Assembly (NCBI RefSeq): GCF_052425735.1
Contig: NC_135763.1
Coordinates: 1,860,001-1,924,000, forward strand
DNA from: Oculina patagonica
Taxonomy: Eukaryota
Direction of reading: 5' to 3'
Length of the DNA stretch: 64,000 bases
The position numbers were made by a program, and so were the translations under genes. Shown piece by piece: positions 46,377 through 59,119 of the stretch (position 1 is its first letter; every line of letters starts with the position of its first letter). Below the pieces are notes generated by a model. It did not search any database. It was not told the origin of the DNA and saw nothing but the letters and a program-made list of their open reading frames with translations.

Positions 46377-47080
46377 TTACATGCTTATAGCTGGCTGTAT
46401 TTGTTACTAATCTGCCATGTGGAGTATCATTCAAGTCAAGAGATTACTGCATCAATTCTTTCTACAGTATTTTATTGCCTTTAATTTGTGACATTCTATA
46501 TTTTGTCAAAACTTAACTTTTGGACATCTCCTGTAAGAGGACCCCTACATGTAGCTCCCATTATGGGACGTTTTATTGTGGTGTTACAAGGCCCTGCACA
46601 AAGTGATCAGAACAGTTATGTACAGTCATGTACATAAGAACCTGAATGTACTGTTAGTAAATTGCAAAGAAGATAATGAGTTGTAAGGAATTGTCAATTT
46701 GACAAAAATTATGTTCAGTTCATATTAACATAATTATGGTAATCTCACTTTCTTCTTAAAAGCATGATGCATAAGGTACTTGGTTAGCCAGCTGGGATGG
46801 CAAAAAAATGTTCACTGGTTTGGTCATACATGTATGTTAATAAATTTTAATCTGAATACTTTGTCATGTTTTGTGTGGAATGAATTTGCTTTAAACTGGC
46901 AAACACAGTCAGTGTCACGTTAATGGCTTAATTGATGTTTCACAAGTTACGGCTTTGTTGTATTTTTTATACAATGCTGACGTCGGAGACATGGGGCAAC
47001 AAATGCTCATTGGCCCAGGTGCAGTAAAATCTCCATGGTAATGCCCCTTTCAAATGAAAAAAAAATGTAAATAGCTTTAA

Positions 47081-47485
47081 GAGGAAATCCGCCAGGACTT
47101 CGAGTAGTTTTTGGACAAAATTATGTACCAAAACTATTTACACCTTATTGCAAACATTTTTGTTACTGCTTCAAATATCTTATCAAAAGAAATCTTTTCT
47201 AACAACACCAAACATAGAAAACAAATTTCGAAGTTTTCCACTGAATCGCTTAAAGAGGAATTTACAAAATGGCTACAGGTGAGATTTTGCCTATAGCTTG
47301 TGAACTTTGAAATTCATTTTCTCAGGCTCTGATAAGAAATTGTTGTTGGTGTTATCACGGATAATTACTTACATCTTTAACTTTTATTAAGGGTAGGAAA
47401 TAAGGCAATTAGATTTAAATTATTCTGGTACTCGATTTTTGTCCAACTTAAATAAATATTACTCGACTTCCTAGTGGATTCCTTC
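47081..47485. mobile_element. TTAA-flanked MITE (Kolobok- or Sola3-like)
   Basis: TTAA|gaggaaatccgccaggacttcgagta...tactcgacttcctagtggattccttc|TTAA; imperfect TIR. Confidence 0.6.
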
Positions 47486-47606
47486 TTAAAAATTCTTTAA
47501 AGTTTTAGTCTCTAACCATCACCGACCATTGCAGTTTGCTGTATATAATTCTTTATGTAAAACCAAATGCAAGGCTGATCGGACAGCTAAAAAGGCTAAT
47601 TTTATT

Positions 47607-47648
47607 GCCCGATATTTCAATTAGACAAAACTAACCCTCTTCAGGGGC
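47607..47648 (-). ncRNA. Minimal type I hammerhead ribozyme-like motif (Penelope pLTR type) within inverted repeat 47571-47728
   Basis: Minus strand reads GCCC-CUGAAGA-G-GGUUAG(UUUUGU)CUAAUU-GAA-AUAU-C-GGGC: helix I GCCC/GGGC, catalytic core boxes, palindromic helix III. Confidence 0.62.
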
Positions 47649-48701
47649 TGCAAAAAGCTAAAAGTGGTTAGTTTTGTCTAACTGAGCTATTGGGCAATAA
47701 AAAGCCTTTTAGCGGTCCGATCAGCCTTCTGTCTGATTTGACCTTAAATATTCAACATTGCTGATCCTGATCTACGCAAAGATCCGGCTTTACTTCGCTG
47801 CTGTTTGTCCCAGTTTTCCTTGCATCATTCAAAAGGGTGCATTATTTTTACGGCTTGTCTTGCATACTTTTGAGGAGCCTGTGGGATGAAACAATTATTT
47901 CTTTCCCCAAATCTGCCAAATCCCCTGACTTGATTTCGCGGTTTGGCGCTTTTCAACAGTCAGAAGGAACTGAAGGACTACAGATAAAACCGGTTCCTAG
48001 AAAACAAATATTCCCTGTGAGGGGATCCCCTCACGTACTGCTCGTCCAAAAATGACCCCCTAAAGGGCTGACTCCTCATTTTATGGGCATGGCGCAAATT
48101 CATTTTTCACCCCTAAGAGGTACCTATTCTAAAATAACAAATTAACTGGTACTGGCAATTTGAAGACTGAAAGACTGTTTTCAAGTAAATAATTCAGAAA
48201 TAATAGTTCTTTGCGTGAAAAATGTGTTACCATCCTGTCATTTTCGAAATCGATAACCTTAGGACCCAAAAGGGCAACTTTAGTGGCGGTCATTTTAGGT
48301 TTTAGCACCCCATAAGCGGTACCACACATTTTACCTCCTAAAAGGTACGTCTAGCACCCCCGTCATTTAATATAGGGGAGTCCCCCATCCCCGGGGGGCA
48401 TACATTGTAGGGTATTAATACTTGTTTCGCGGGGTCCTGCTTTTGTTATTCCAATCCATTCCGTTCCAATCCCGATTATGTCAACAGCCGTTTTGCAACA
48501 CCGCCGTAATCTTTACTACTGTGAACGAGAGAGTCATCTTTTGTCTCGTCACGCAATCTCTCCAATACAAAGATTGCGTGATGTGACCAGGGACGGAGGA
48601 GTGTCTGAAGGTGTGCATTGAATTGACCAATCAGATTTCACTAAACGTGGCTATTACCCACAATTCTTTTGGTGTCCAACGGAGGAACAAAGAAATCCAA
48701 C

Positions 48702-51700
48702 ATGGCGGACCTCAAGGTGAGTGGAACGATTGTAATAGTTGTGGAGAACCTCTTTATCGTTTGAAATCAAGAAGAAATACTAACAATTTTTTAATTCTGT
48801 AAAGTACTTGTCAGGTTTTGGTAACGAGTTTGCCTCCGAAGCCTTGCCGAATGCGCTTCCAAAAGGACAAGTAAGTGTGCCATATTAGTAAGTAATTTAC
48901 TTCCATGATTCGGTCTTGTCGGCTTGGAATTTTGAATAAGGTAAAAGAATCTTATAAAGCTAAAATCAGAGTTTTTGTTGATCAGAATCCCTGTCTCGCA
49001 TGTATTCGATTATTCGGCGAGTACACACGGAGGTAAGTGGTGACTAGTACAGTCTTGTACCAATATTAACTCCATTTACACTTCATAGAAAAAATCCGCT
49101 AGACAGGGATGGATGTTGGCAAGGGTAGCAACATTTTTTTTGGCAAGGCAAGAACGGTTCAGACCTGGCTCTTTTTGTTTTAGGCAAGGACTTTCGGTCT
49201 AGGCAACACGAGAAATCGGAAAGGAGCATGCGTAGAGTAATTCATAAATAATTATACGGGTCTATGAAACTCGGGGGGGGGGGGGCACCCTGTATATTTT
49301 TGGGTGGGGGTGTGCCGCTGGGAATTTGAAGGCCTTACCCTATACTAGACCATTTTCAGCTGATTTTTGCAACCCTATACTAGACTAGACACCGAAAATC
49401 CCTACCCTATACCAGACTTGCATTTTTTTAGAACTGTATCGCTATCAGTGTTTTAATGGAAAACCATCTGTCAACAACGATGCCAAGATGTTTCAATTCA
49501 CGTTTAGGAAATCCTCTTTCTCTTCCGAGTTTCTATTCCTATTCTGGACTTATTTCGTCATACCACCGATCAGTTTCCTGGCAAATGCTACCCTTTTCCA
49601 GACCAAAACTCTCTGATTTCTATACCCTATTCCAGACTAAACTGCTTGAAAACCATACCCTTCACAACGGCACATACCTATATAGTTCATGTATGGGAGT
49701 GCCCCCCCCCCCCCCCCCGGGCTATGAAAGCGTGATTACTTGCACGTCATGATCCCGACTAACGTCACTAACATAACAGTTAGAGTGCTAGACGCAGATA
49801 AAATGAAAGTTCAAAAAAAATATTTAAAGCTGAATCTTAAAGATACCAGGCAAACAATTTGACTGATTACAGGCAAATTTACTGAAAATAGGAAAAGTGG
49901 GACAGCTCACACTGGAGTACATACCTGGGGTGGAGGGACTCCCAGATAAAAGGAAGGGATGGTGGCGCTCGTTGGAATTTTTGAAAAGAACCCCTAAAAG
50001 AGACCACTTTGGGTATGGCTCAAGCTTTTTTGGAATGCCTTTAGTGAGACCAAAATCTGACTTTGCACCCCTAAGCGAGACGACAAGCATCACCATCACT
50101 TTCATATGGGAGTCCCGCCCCCCCCCCCCCCCAGGAGTACATAACGTGTAAATCCCATTCCAAGGTTTCAAAATTCCATGCCAATGACCAAGCTGTTCCG
50201 TCAGGATCCCAGAGGTTTTCATATCTAAGTCAAATATTTGGAGTTTGCAAAGTGGAAAGAACAAGTCACCATCTTGCAGTATTTGATGAAACCTGAATTT
50301 TTTATGTAAAAAATCTATCACGTTGGCTAATCATCAGTTAACATGACAAAGAAGGCTACAGTATCTGCACCTTGATCATGCACTTACAAGTACTACTTGA
50401 GTAACTCACCTACATAGCTGGGACTGCACTGAATGAAGCATGGGGCAAGTCATCAAAAAATGACTTAAAACATTGTGACAACTCTTTTAAAGTTGCTCTT
50501 TATTTCCAGAACAGCCCTCAGAAGTGTCCTTATGGCTTGTATGCTGAGCAGCTGTCAGGTACTGCTTTCACTGCTCCAAGAGAATACAATAGCAGAAGGT
50601 ATGTTTTTATCTACTGTAGTGTAAAGTGCAGTATTTAGTCATCAACAATTTTAAACCAAGTTACACTGGGTTTGTTATATACAGAGGCAGCAGTGCGTTT
50701 TGAAACTTGAGGGGGGATAGGACTGTCCAAAAAATATGCCGCCTAGTATGATATATTGTAACCTGTATACATCCTAAGTAAAGGATCAATAACAGTCTAC
50801 AGGCGTTTACCCAGGATTTGCAAAGTGAACATCCAAAAAATTTCTCCACCCTCCAAAGAGGGTCTTGGAACAAAATTTAAGCATGTAAGGTGTAATTCTG
50901 CAGGTTAGATTGCAAATCTGTTTGAAGATTTCTAAATTTGACAAAAAAATAATTCAATACTGACAGTAATTCATTTTAAAAAGTGGGCATCCATGGGACA
51001 CCCATCTGGCTAATAGTCTGACTGTCGGTCAGTTTTCAAAGCATTTTGACGCATCCTGTGCAGGGGTCCACTGGACAGTTGTTTCAATAATATTAGTAGG
51101 AGTAGCCCATTAAATAAGCAAAGCTTATGGCCTTGTACATTAGTAGTTGATTTGGTTAAATTGGTATTCTTTCCTGCTCTTGTTGTAGTTGGCTATACCG
51201 TATCAGACCATCAGTTGTCCACAAGCCTTTTGAGAAGACAACTCAGGGGAATCTAACTCATAACTGGGATGAGTGTGACCCTAATCCTAATCAGGTAATA
51301 ATATAAAAATTACTTTGCAAGTTGAATACAGCTAAACCAGTCTTGTGGCTAAAGGCCAGTCCTCTTATAAAGGTTTCAGGTTTTTTATAATCTGGTATTA
51401 GTAAGCCAGGACAATTTATGAATAGTAAAGCAATTTAATTTGGTGCCAACTATAGACTATAGTTAAAGGGATGTTGTGGTAGCCTAATAGTTAGTGCACT
51501 GGATTGCACACATTGCCGTTATAAAGGTCTTTTGATTGGTAGATCAAGCACAGTACTGTAAAAATACTTAAGAGTACATGTATTGTGCCCATATAGTCCT
51601 ATATCAAATTCTGCCTCATTTGATTTTTTAGTTAATGACACTAAAATTGAGTAAAAAAGGACATGTTCTAGTAATACACAGGGTTTTCAAATCAAGCCGG

Positions 51701-53988
51701 CGACCACCAGAGTGCTGCCAGCTACTTGATCATATGTTGCTGGTTACTCTACTTCCAGTTACTGATGCCTATGTCAAAACATTTTCGAAACCCCAGAATA
51801 CAATAAGTACTGATAGCCCAGCCAGTATTGTGGACTAATTAAGTCTTTGTTTACTTCAGATGCGGTGGAAACCATTTGATATCCCTGCTGAAGGTAGCAA
51901 TGTTGACTTCACACAAGTACGTTAAGGCATTCACACTTGCATGTAGCTATACTTAAACTGCAGCATTGACTGAGTCAATTATTGACAACATCTCAACTGT
52001 AAGGTATGAGATCACTTGTACAGCTGTAGCTGGTATAATTTTGCAATGCAGAGTTGTCAAAAATAGCTGGCCGCCAGCAAAAATCACCACCTACTTTGTG
52101 TTTCTGGCTGGCTACTCTGCTGAGATATCCTCTGATTTGGTATTAAGCTACCTACTTCAAAACTTTCAGTCAACCCTGCATCATGAATTTCCAGTGCCGA
52201 CACTTTAGGAATCAGGATATGCAGCTGATCATGACACACTCACCAATACATGTTATAACATCAGTTGGATCATGCCCCCATCAAACTTTTAATAATTGAA
52301 TGATGTGATTTTCATTTGTAATTATTTTCTAGTTAAAGTCAATAAATTGAAACTTTAAATATTATAATTATAATTAACTATTTATTATGTAAAGTTATTT
52401 TCTCTTGTCCTGCTGATAGAAATAAATAGATAACAAATAAGAAATAAGAACACAACAAATCAACCATAAGGAAACTCAGAAAAAATTCTGAAAAAATTCC
52501 AGTCTGAGATGGGATTCGAACCCACAACCCTCCGTGTTCTAGAACGGATGCTCTAACCACTGAGCTACTGGAGACTCGATGGCGAGCAAGCGCCAATCTT
52601 GTGGTTAAGACGTACGAACTGCATCACGCAGCCACACAGTCCAAATACTAGAAACACATTATTAGGCCTAACTGCATCACGCAGCCACATAAATGGTAAT
52701 AACTATCACCAATGAGAGGCCATGCCCATCAAACCATCCTGCTGATAGAAATAAATAGATAACAAATAAGAAATAATAACACAACGATAAGAATAATTAT
52801 ATAGATACTAATGATTTTCTGCATTTAAAATGAGAGTTCTGATTACTTTGTGCATCATATTTTTAAGGGTTTGCACACAATATGTGGTGCTGGAGATCCT
52901 CGGTCAAGGCACGGCGTGGCAGTCCATGTCTACTGTTGTGATGTCTCTATGAAGGACAAGTAAGATATTTGATCATGATACATGAATATCGTTATCGTAA
53001 AATGCAGGGCTGCAAATAATTTTTTCACTTGAAAGGACATATATCCTACTAAGACACGGCCATCTTGGATGGACAAAACAAAATTTTGGTCGGACATCAC
53101 CAAAAACAAAAGGTTGAATTTTGTTCATTGTTGCAGTAAAATGATCAAAAAATTGCCTGGACATCATATCCGACCACACTTGGAATTTCATCGGACATGA
53201 GCAATTTTGGGTTGGCCAATGTCTGATGACCGACTGTTATTTGCAGCCTTGTAAATTGTGTGTTTGTAACTTATGTAATATTAAAAAAAAAAACCAAGAC
53301 ACTCACTTATTTTGTTGGAAATTGGTTGAATGATCTCATATAAACTTGAGGTCAGGTACATGTTGTACTCGTCTAACAATCTTGAAATATAAACAGGGAT
53401 TTGAAAAGCTAAATTCAAATATTCATTCATTGAAACAGCTTTGTGGGAGTTGTTTGATGGTTTGAAGTTGTTCGACTGTTTTCAAAAGCCTCTTTTTCTT
53501 CCATTCAAGGTGTTTCTACAACTCTGATGGAGATTTCCTTATAGGTGAGTATACTAAGTGTCAAATGAAATGATTAATTAGGAGTTCTAACCTTGGCTAG
53601 TGATCCTCTGAGTGCTTCCTTACTCTGACACTGTTATCCATGATTACAGTTAACCCTGCTTAGGGCTATATTTTTATTGATTATACTGTTTGACAATAAG
53701 CTCATTTTACACTTTGTTTTTTAATAATTGCAGTTCCTCAGAAAGGTGTTCTGATGATCACAACAGAGTTTGGTAAAATGGAAGTTAAACCAAATGAAAT
53801 CTGTGTAATCCAGGTACACAGCCAAACACAATTTGCTCCTTCTCTCTCAGTTTGCCATGGGAAATTTAACAATTACGGTAATGACTGGCCCTGAAGGAGT
53901 CGATTAAAGGGGAAAAATTAACTGGCTTCCCAAGGGACCAGTCATTGAGTAATTTGTAAATAATTATATAGGAAGATGTATGCAATGT

Positions 53989-54021
<33 letters not shown>

Positions 54022-57000
54022 AAGGCTACTAAAATTTAGGTCTTGGCTTACCAGGTTTAGCATTCCTACAAGCCATTTGGCTAGTGAAAAACTCGGAAAA
54101 ATCAACTGTTCTTGATATAAATCAATATGCCTGACTAGTGAAAAATTACTTTTGGCTAGTAAAATCTGACATGTCACTAGCCAGTAAACCGGTGAGTTAA
54201 AAAGTTAGTCTCAAGCCCTGAATGTGAAAACAACTAAAATAGACTTTATGTCCAACAGTAACTAGTGGTCATCAGTCAACATTTGCATGACAGTGCACTG
54301 TTACCCTCTGACGTCCTTCATGTAGATTTTGCAATGTTGCCAGTTCAGAGACTTTTGGTGGAAAACATTTTTATTGTAACATGTCATAAGTTAAACATAT
54401 ATCCTGCGATGTACGTCATTTGCTAAGATTCTTGCTTCATCTTCTGGCAAAGTGCTGAAGCTACAGTTTGTGGAGAACTGACACAAACGATGCAGGCTAT
54501 TGTCTTAGGCTTCAAAGTGTTTTTGAAGTTTTTAGTAACTATTTATAAACTGTGAGGAAAATTTATTAGTATAAAATCAAGCTAATTTTAATATTGGTGC
54601 ATTTTGCAGCAAGGGATAAGGTTTTCAGTGGAGATCAGTGAACCTTCAAGAGGATACATCCTGGAGGTGTTTGACGCACACTTTGTTCTGCCAAATCTGG
54701 GACCAATAGGTACAGTGTATGTATATTAAATTAATTAAAATATTTTAGTATTGTTTTAATTCTTCAAATCAAGGCTAGTTGTGAACACAAGAGACTACTT
54801 TAATTTGGATTACAGTCTATTAAAATTAAGCAGGATAGCAAGTTAAGGGCTAAAAGACACTTGTTTGAATACTTCTGTTCGGGCCCTCTTGGGCTCCCTT
54901 CCAAGCAAATTTAAATATTTTGAAAGAAGTAGTATGCTGGCCTAATGGTTGGTTCATTGGACGCCATATCAAGCGTTCTGGGTTAAAGCAGTTGGTGACA
55001 GGGCCATTGTGTTGTGTTGTTTGCCAAGACATTTAGCCTGTGTAGCAGGCATCTGTATACTTTTTATATTGCATGTCTGTGTACTTTTTTAAGTGCATTT
55101 AAAAGAGTGTGTGATCACGAGGCTTAAACTACTGCACCTGCTATACAGGCTAAACAGGTTAAAAGTCATTCAATTCCCACAGTACCTTAGTCTCCACCCA
55201 AGTGTACTAGGGTACTAGTGTTCTGTTAGAAAACCTGACAGAATGTTGTTGCTTCTATCCTGTGATGGAGTAGCATCCCGGCCCTTCCAGGGGTAGTAGA
55301 AATAATTTATACTCCTAGCCACCTCATGCTTTACAAAAACTGGGGTAAGCTTCACCACTGTGGGCCTGCCGTTGGTCCAAGTGTGTGTTAAGCCTTTAAC
55401 TCATATTCAGAAGTTCTACCTTTTTCATCTGATCATTAGGTGCTAATGGACTAGCAAACCCCCGTGACTTCTTGACACCTGTGGCATGGTTTGAAGACAG
55501 AGATGTGTCAGCTGGCTTTACTGTGATCAGCAAGTACCAGGGAAAACTGTTCAAAGCTGTTCAGGTACAATGTAACTTGATCATCTCCTGAATGTTTGAT
55601 ATAATTATTGCTTATAGTTTGAATATATGTTAATTAGTTTTTGTTGTATTTTAGGGTCACTCTGCATTTGATGTTGTGGCGTGGCATGGTAACTATGCTC
55701 CATACAAGTACGATCTGAGTTGTTATAATGTCATCAACACAGTTTCCTTTGATCATGTTGTAAGTGTCAGTTCCCGCATGTAAATAATGAAATGAACTTG
55801 ACTGTATGTATCTAGAGCAAAATACCCATGCAGGGAATCAGTTGTCTCCAGATTTTTTGCTTTTTTACTTTATATATAGCCTCATAGCAGGCATAAAAAG
55901 GGGAAAGGGGTAGTAGGAGGATGAGGGAATGAGGATTGAATACCTTTCTTTTTCCCTTCCTCGCTCCCCCTCCCCCTTTTTATGCCTGCTATGAGTCAAG
56001 AATAAATGAAAATAACTGAATAATAGAGTAAAATGGGAATTTGCAGAGTGGCATTTCCACATGGTGGCTCTTCATCTATTGTTCCTGATCAAATTGGAAT
56101 TTAGAAGTGTTGGTTTTTGGGGAGGGAGGAAAACTGGAAAACCGGGAGAAAAACCCTCAGAGCAGGACAAGACCAACAACAAACAACCAACAACAAACTT
56201 CACTTTTAGCTCTGTGATATATTTAGCATATGAGACTGATACCGCAGCATATGTTACTGTATATGTTGTGGTTCAATTTTATATTTGGTTTAAAATTTTT
56301 CAAACCAGTTTGATTTTGATTTTTCATTGTCTTACGGTCATTATCATAATCTGAAACAAAGGGAAATGAAAATCAAACTGGTTTGAAAAAATTTAAACCA
56401 TAGATAAAATTAAACCACAACATATACATTATTGTTTTGTTCTGTAGGACCCTTCAGTATTCACTGTTCTCACTTGTCCCAGTTTAAGACCAGGAACTGC
56501 CATAGCAGACTTTGTTATTTTTCCACCAAGATGGAGTGTAGCTGAGAACACATTCAGACCACCCTATTACCACCGTAAGTGTGTAACTAAAAGCTAAGAA
56601 CGATACGACTAAAAATATATAAAATTGAAATTCGCAGTAAAATTAATAAAAATGTGTAGAGTGCTGCTGATTTTTAAGGACAAATAACTCGCTCAGGTTA
56701 AATGTATGTATGAATGAAAAATCATGTAAGATACTTTAAATTGAAGAAAATTGATTTACTGACAGTTGTCTCCTGCTTTCCCAAACAGGAAACTGTATGA
56801 GCGAATTTATGGGCCTGATTCATGGAAAATATGAAGCAAAGGTAAGTTGTGTCCATGCAAGTAACATTACAGGGAACTCTTTACAAGGTTTCCGGTGGTA
56901 GGTCGCAAGGGACCACACTCACAATACCAATAAGTTAGATTCTGACAGCTGAATTCTCCTCTTAATGAACGTTTTAGAATTTTGACAAAGTTTTCAATTC

Positions 57001-59119
57001 AAGACTCAAGCTTACCTAAAAGTTGTTATAACAGAATTTCACCGTCTGGTACTAACAGTTGCCCTAAAGCAGTGGCACTTGCTAGTTGCGTACCAGAGGG
57101 TGGTTAGACACCCAAAGTAACAAGCTCACTACTATTGAAAAACTTTGCAGTGATCTCTTACTTGTATTAGGACCTCTTTACATGAGAGTTTTCGTCCCGG
57201 GATGAATTCATCTCGGTGTCTGGTCATTTTCTTGTTGTTGTCTACATGATGATACACGATTTCGTCCCGGGATGAACTCATCCCGGGACGATTTCATCCC
57301 TGTCCTTAGCACCGGGATAAAATGTCATCCCGGGATGAAACGTGACGAAAAACCCCATGTAAACAGTCTTTCTGGGATGAAATATTAAGTAATGTAAGCA
57401 CGGGCGAGATGAATCCAACTCGGGCGGGACGACTTACGTCCCAGCATCCCGGGATGAACACGCTCATGTAAAAAATGAAATTTTTTTCCGATCCCGGGAC
57501 GAAATTCATCCGGGGATGAAACTCATCTCGGCTTTCATGTAAAGAGGCCCTAAGTTTTTGTTGGAACGAGCAACTTTGTTATGAACTTAAAATGTCTCCT
57601 AATAGAGGCTAGACGTAAACCGGAGTAACAATGTGTGGTTGTATCATGAAAATAAAAAGTGTTATTTTGCAACAGTATTCTGAACATGATCTTATCTTGC
57701 AGGAAGAAGGATTTGCCCCAGGGGGTGGTAGTCTACACAGTATGATGACCCCCCACGGGCCTGATAAGGATTGTTTTGAGAAGGCGTCTGAAGGAGAGTT
57801 GAAACCTCAACGAGTAGCAGATGGCACTATGGTATGTAAACTGTGTTACCTTATAAGACTGACACGGCACTGTTCAACTGATATACCTTATTATAGGAAA
57901 TTAACGCTTGTGTTAATTAAGGTATTTGAAATTAACGCGACTTAAATTAACGTGAATTGAAGGAAAAATTACCTCCCATTAAAGAAAAATTAAAGCGAAA
58001 GAGGGGGTAACATTTCAAAATGAAGGAAATTAACGCGACGTACACAACAGGAACAAGTTTATTTCAACACTTGTAAGCGTATAATCTTAAACGCAAACAA
58101 TGTTCATGGTACTTTTCCCACTTTGAGCGTTCTTCGCAGTATCAATGATAGTGGCAGATAAAATAATGCTTTTTCCTTGGAGTCAAGAACGTCTGGACGG
58201 TAACAAGAAATTGGGGCCGAAATAATGGAAATTAACGCTTTACTTAATTAAGGGTGGAAATTAACGTTAACAAAAATTAACGCGACTTAAATTAACGCGA
58301 ATGTTTGAAATTCGCGTTAATTTCATGACGCGTTAATTTCCTATAATAAGGTAATACGAGACCAACTCACTAAGTGCTTTGATGTGCGATGCTTCTTCGC
58401 GAAAAGCTGGCAGAGATCATTAGGCTTGGCAAAAAGAGGAAACATGTTTCCAAAAATACCCGTAGCGCGTTATTTCCCCAATATTTTCCAGTTTTTCCAC
58501 ACGGGAAGCATTGCTTCCAGTCAGTTTTGTTTCCAAGAAGCAAAATTTGCTTCCGCTATACGGCAGAAACATTCCGTGTTTCCGCGCGGCATGGAAGGCA
58601 TGGCAAAAAGAGGAAATAATTGTGGAAACATGTTTCCTCGTTTTGCTAGGCCTTTTCAGTGGAACTTCTGTAACCGGACAACCAAAACTAAACCACCTTG
58701 CAGAATGGAAACGAAGAATTTCGACTTCAGTGTTTAAAGCCGATTTTCTCTTAGTGCAATCCAACGTTTTTACTTCAGCTGAAATTCTGTATTCTGATTT
58801 ACAATGCCGGTGTGATTGATTTTCATTGTCTAAATGGAAATTTGTTAGCCTGCGAATACAAAAAATTCTGATGCTTGCTACAGGGCTGTAAGTACGTCAG
58901 TTCAGAAGTTGACCAGTTAACTGCTCTTGTGACTCTTCATTAGCGTTTTTAATTTGTTTTCAGGCGTTCATGTTTGAAAGCAGTCTGAGCATGGCTATCA
59001 CCAAATGGGGCAATGAGACATGTCAGAAGGTTGATCACGAGTACTACAAGGTGTGGCAACCATTACAGAAACACTTCAACCCCAACTGGAAACCAGATGG
59101 TGACAAGAAAACAAGCTGA
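48702..59119 (+). CDS. HGD: Homogentisate 1,2-dioxygenase (444 aa), 15 coding exons
   Basis: Exons 48702-48716, 48805-48870, 50510-50598, 51189-51294, 51860-51916, 52868-52959, 53510-53544, 53734-53813, 54610-54709, 55440-55564, 55655-55759, 56448-56574, 56789-56841, 57703-57831, 58964-59119. Motifs [65 protein letters not shown]; the Fe-ligand His/Glu/His residues are intact. Confidence 0.98.
52408..52785 (-). mobile_element. tRNA-containing repeat element bounded by 49-bp direct repeats
   Basis: Direct repeats at 52408-52456 and 52737-52785. Minus-strand A box tagctcagtgg and B box ggttcgaatcc at ~52510-52575. Confidence 0.65.
53005..53251. mobile_element. hAT-like MITE
   Basis: cagggctgcaaataa...ttatttgcagccttg; flanks gtaaaatg/gtaaattg. 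Confidence 0.65.
53989..54220. mobile_element. hAT5-like MITE (5-bp TSD)
   Basis: AATGT|cagggctcgagactaac...gttagtctcaagccctg|AATGT. Confidence 0.8.
56260..56426. mobile_element. Palindromic TA-flanked MITE
   Basis: atatgttgtggtt...aaaccagtttgatttt pairs with aaaatcaaactggttt...aaccacaacatat. Confidence 0.75.
57170..57550. mobile_element. Harbinger-like MITE with cccgggatga internal repeats
   Basis: tta|ggacctctttacatga...tcatgtaaagaggccc|taa. A similar ggaatga-repeat element lies at ~60655-60906. Confidence 0.75.
57886..58351. mobile_element. TA-flanked MITE with aaattaacgc repeats
   Basis: TA|ccttattataggaaattaacgc...gcgttaatttcctataataagg|TA. Confidence 0.82.
58422..58653. mobile_element. 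MITE with ~30-bp TIRs
   Basis: aggcttggcaaaaagaggaaacatgtttcc...ggaaacatgtttcctcgttttgctaggcct. Confidence 0.72.

Noticed and set aside
52505-52580. Functional tRNA gene
   Set aside because: 8-nt anticodon loop, poor acceptor stem, no clean terminator, and embedded in a repeat element.
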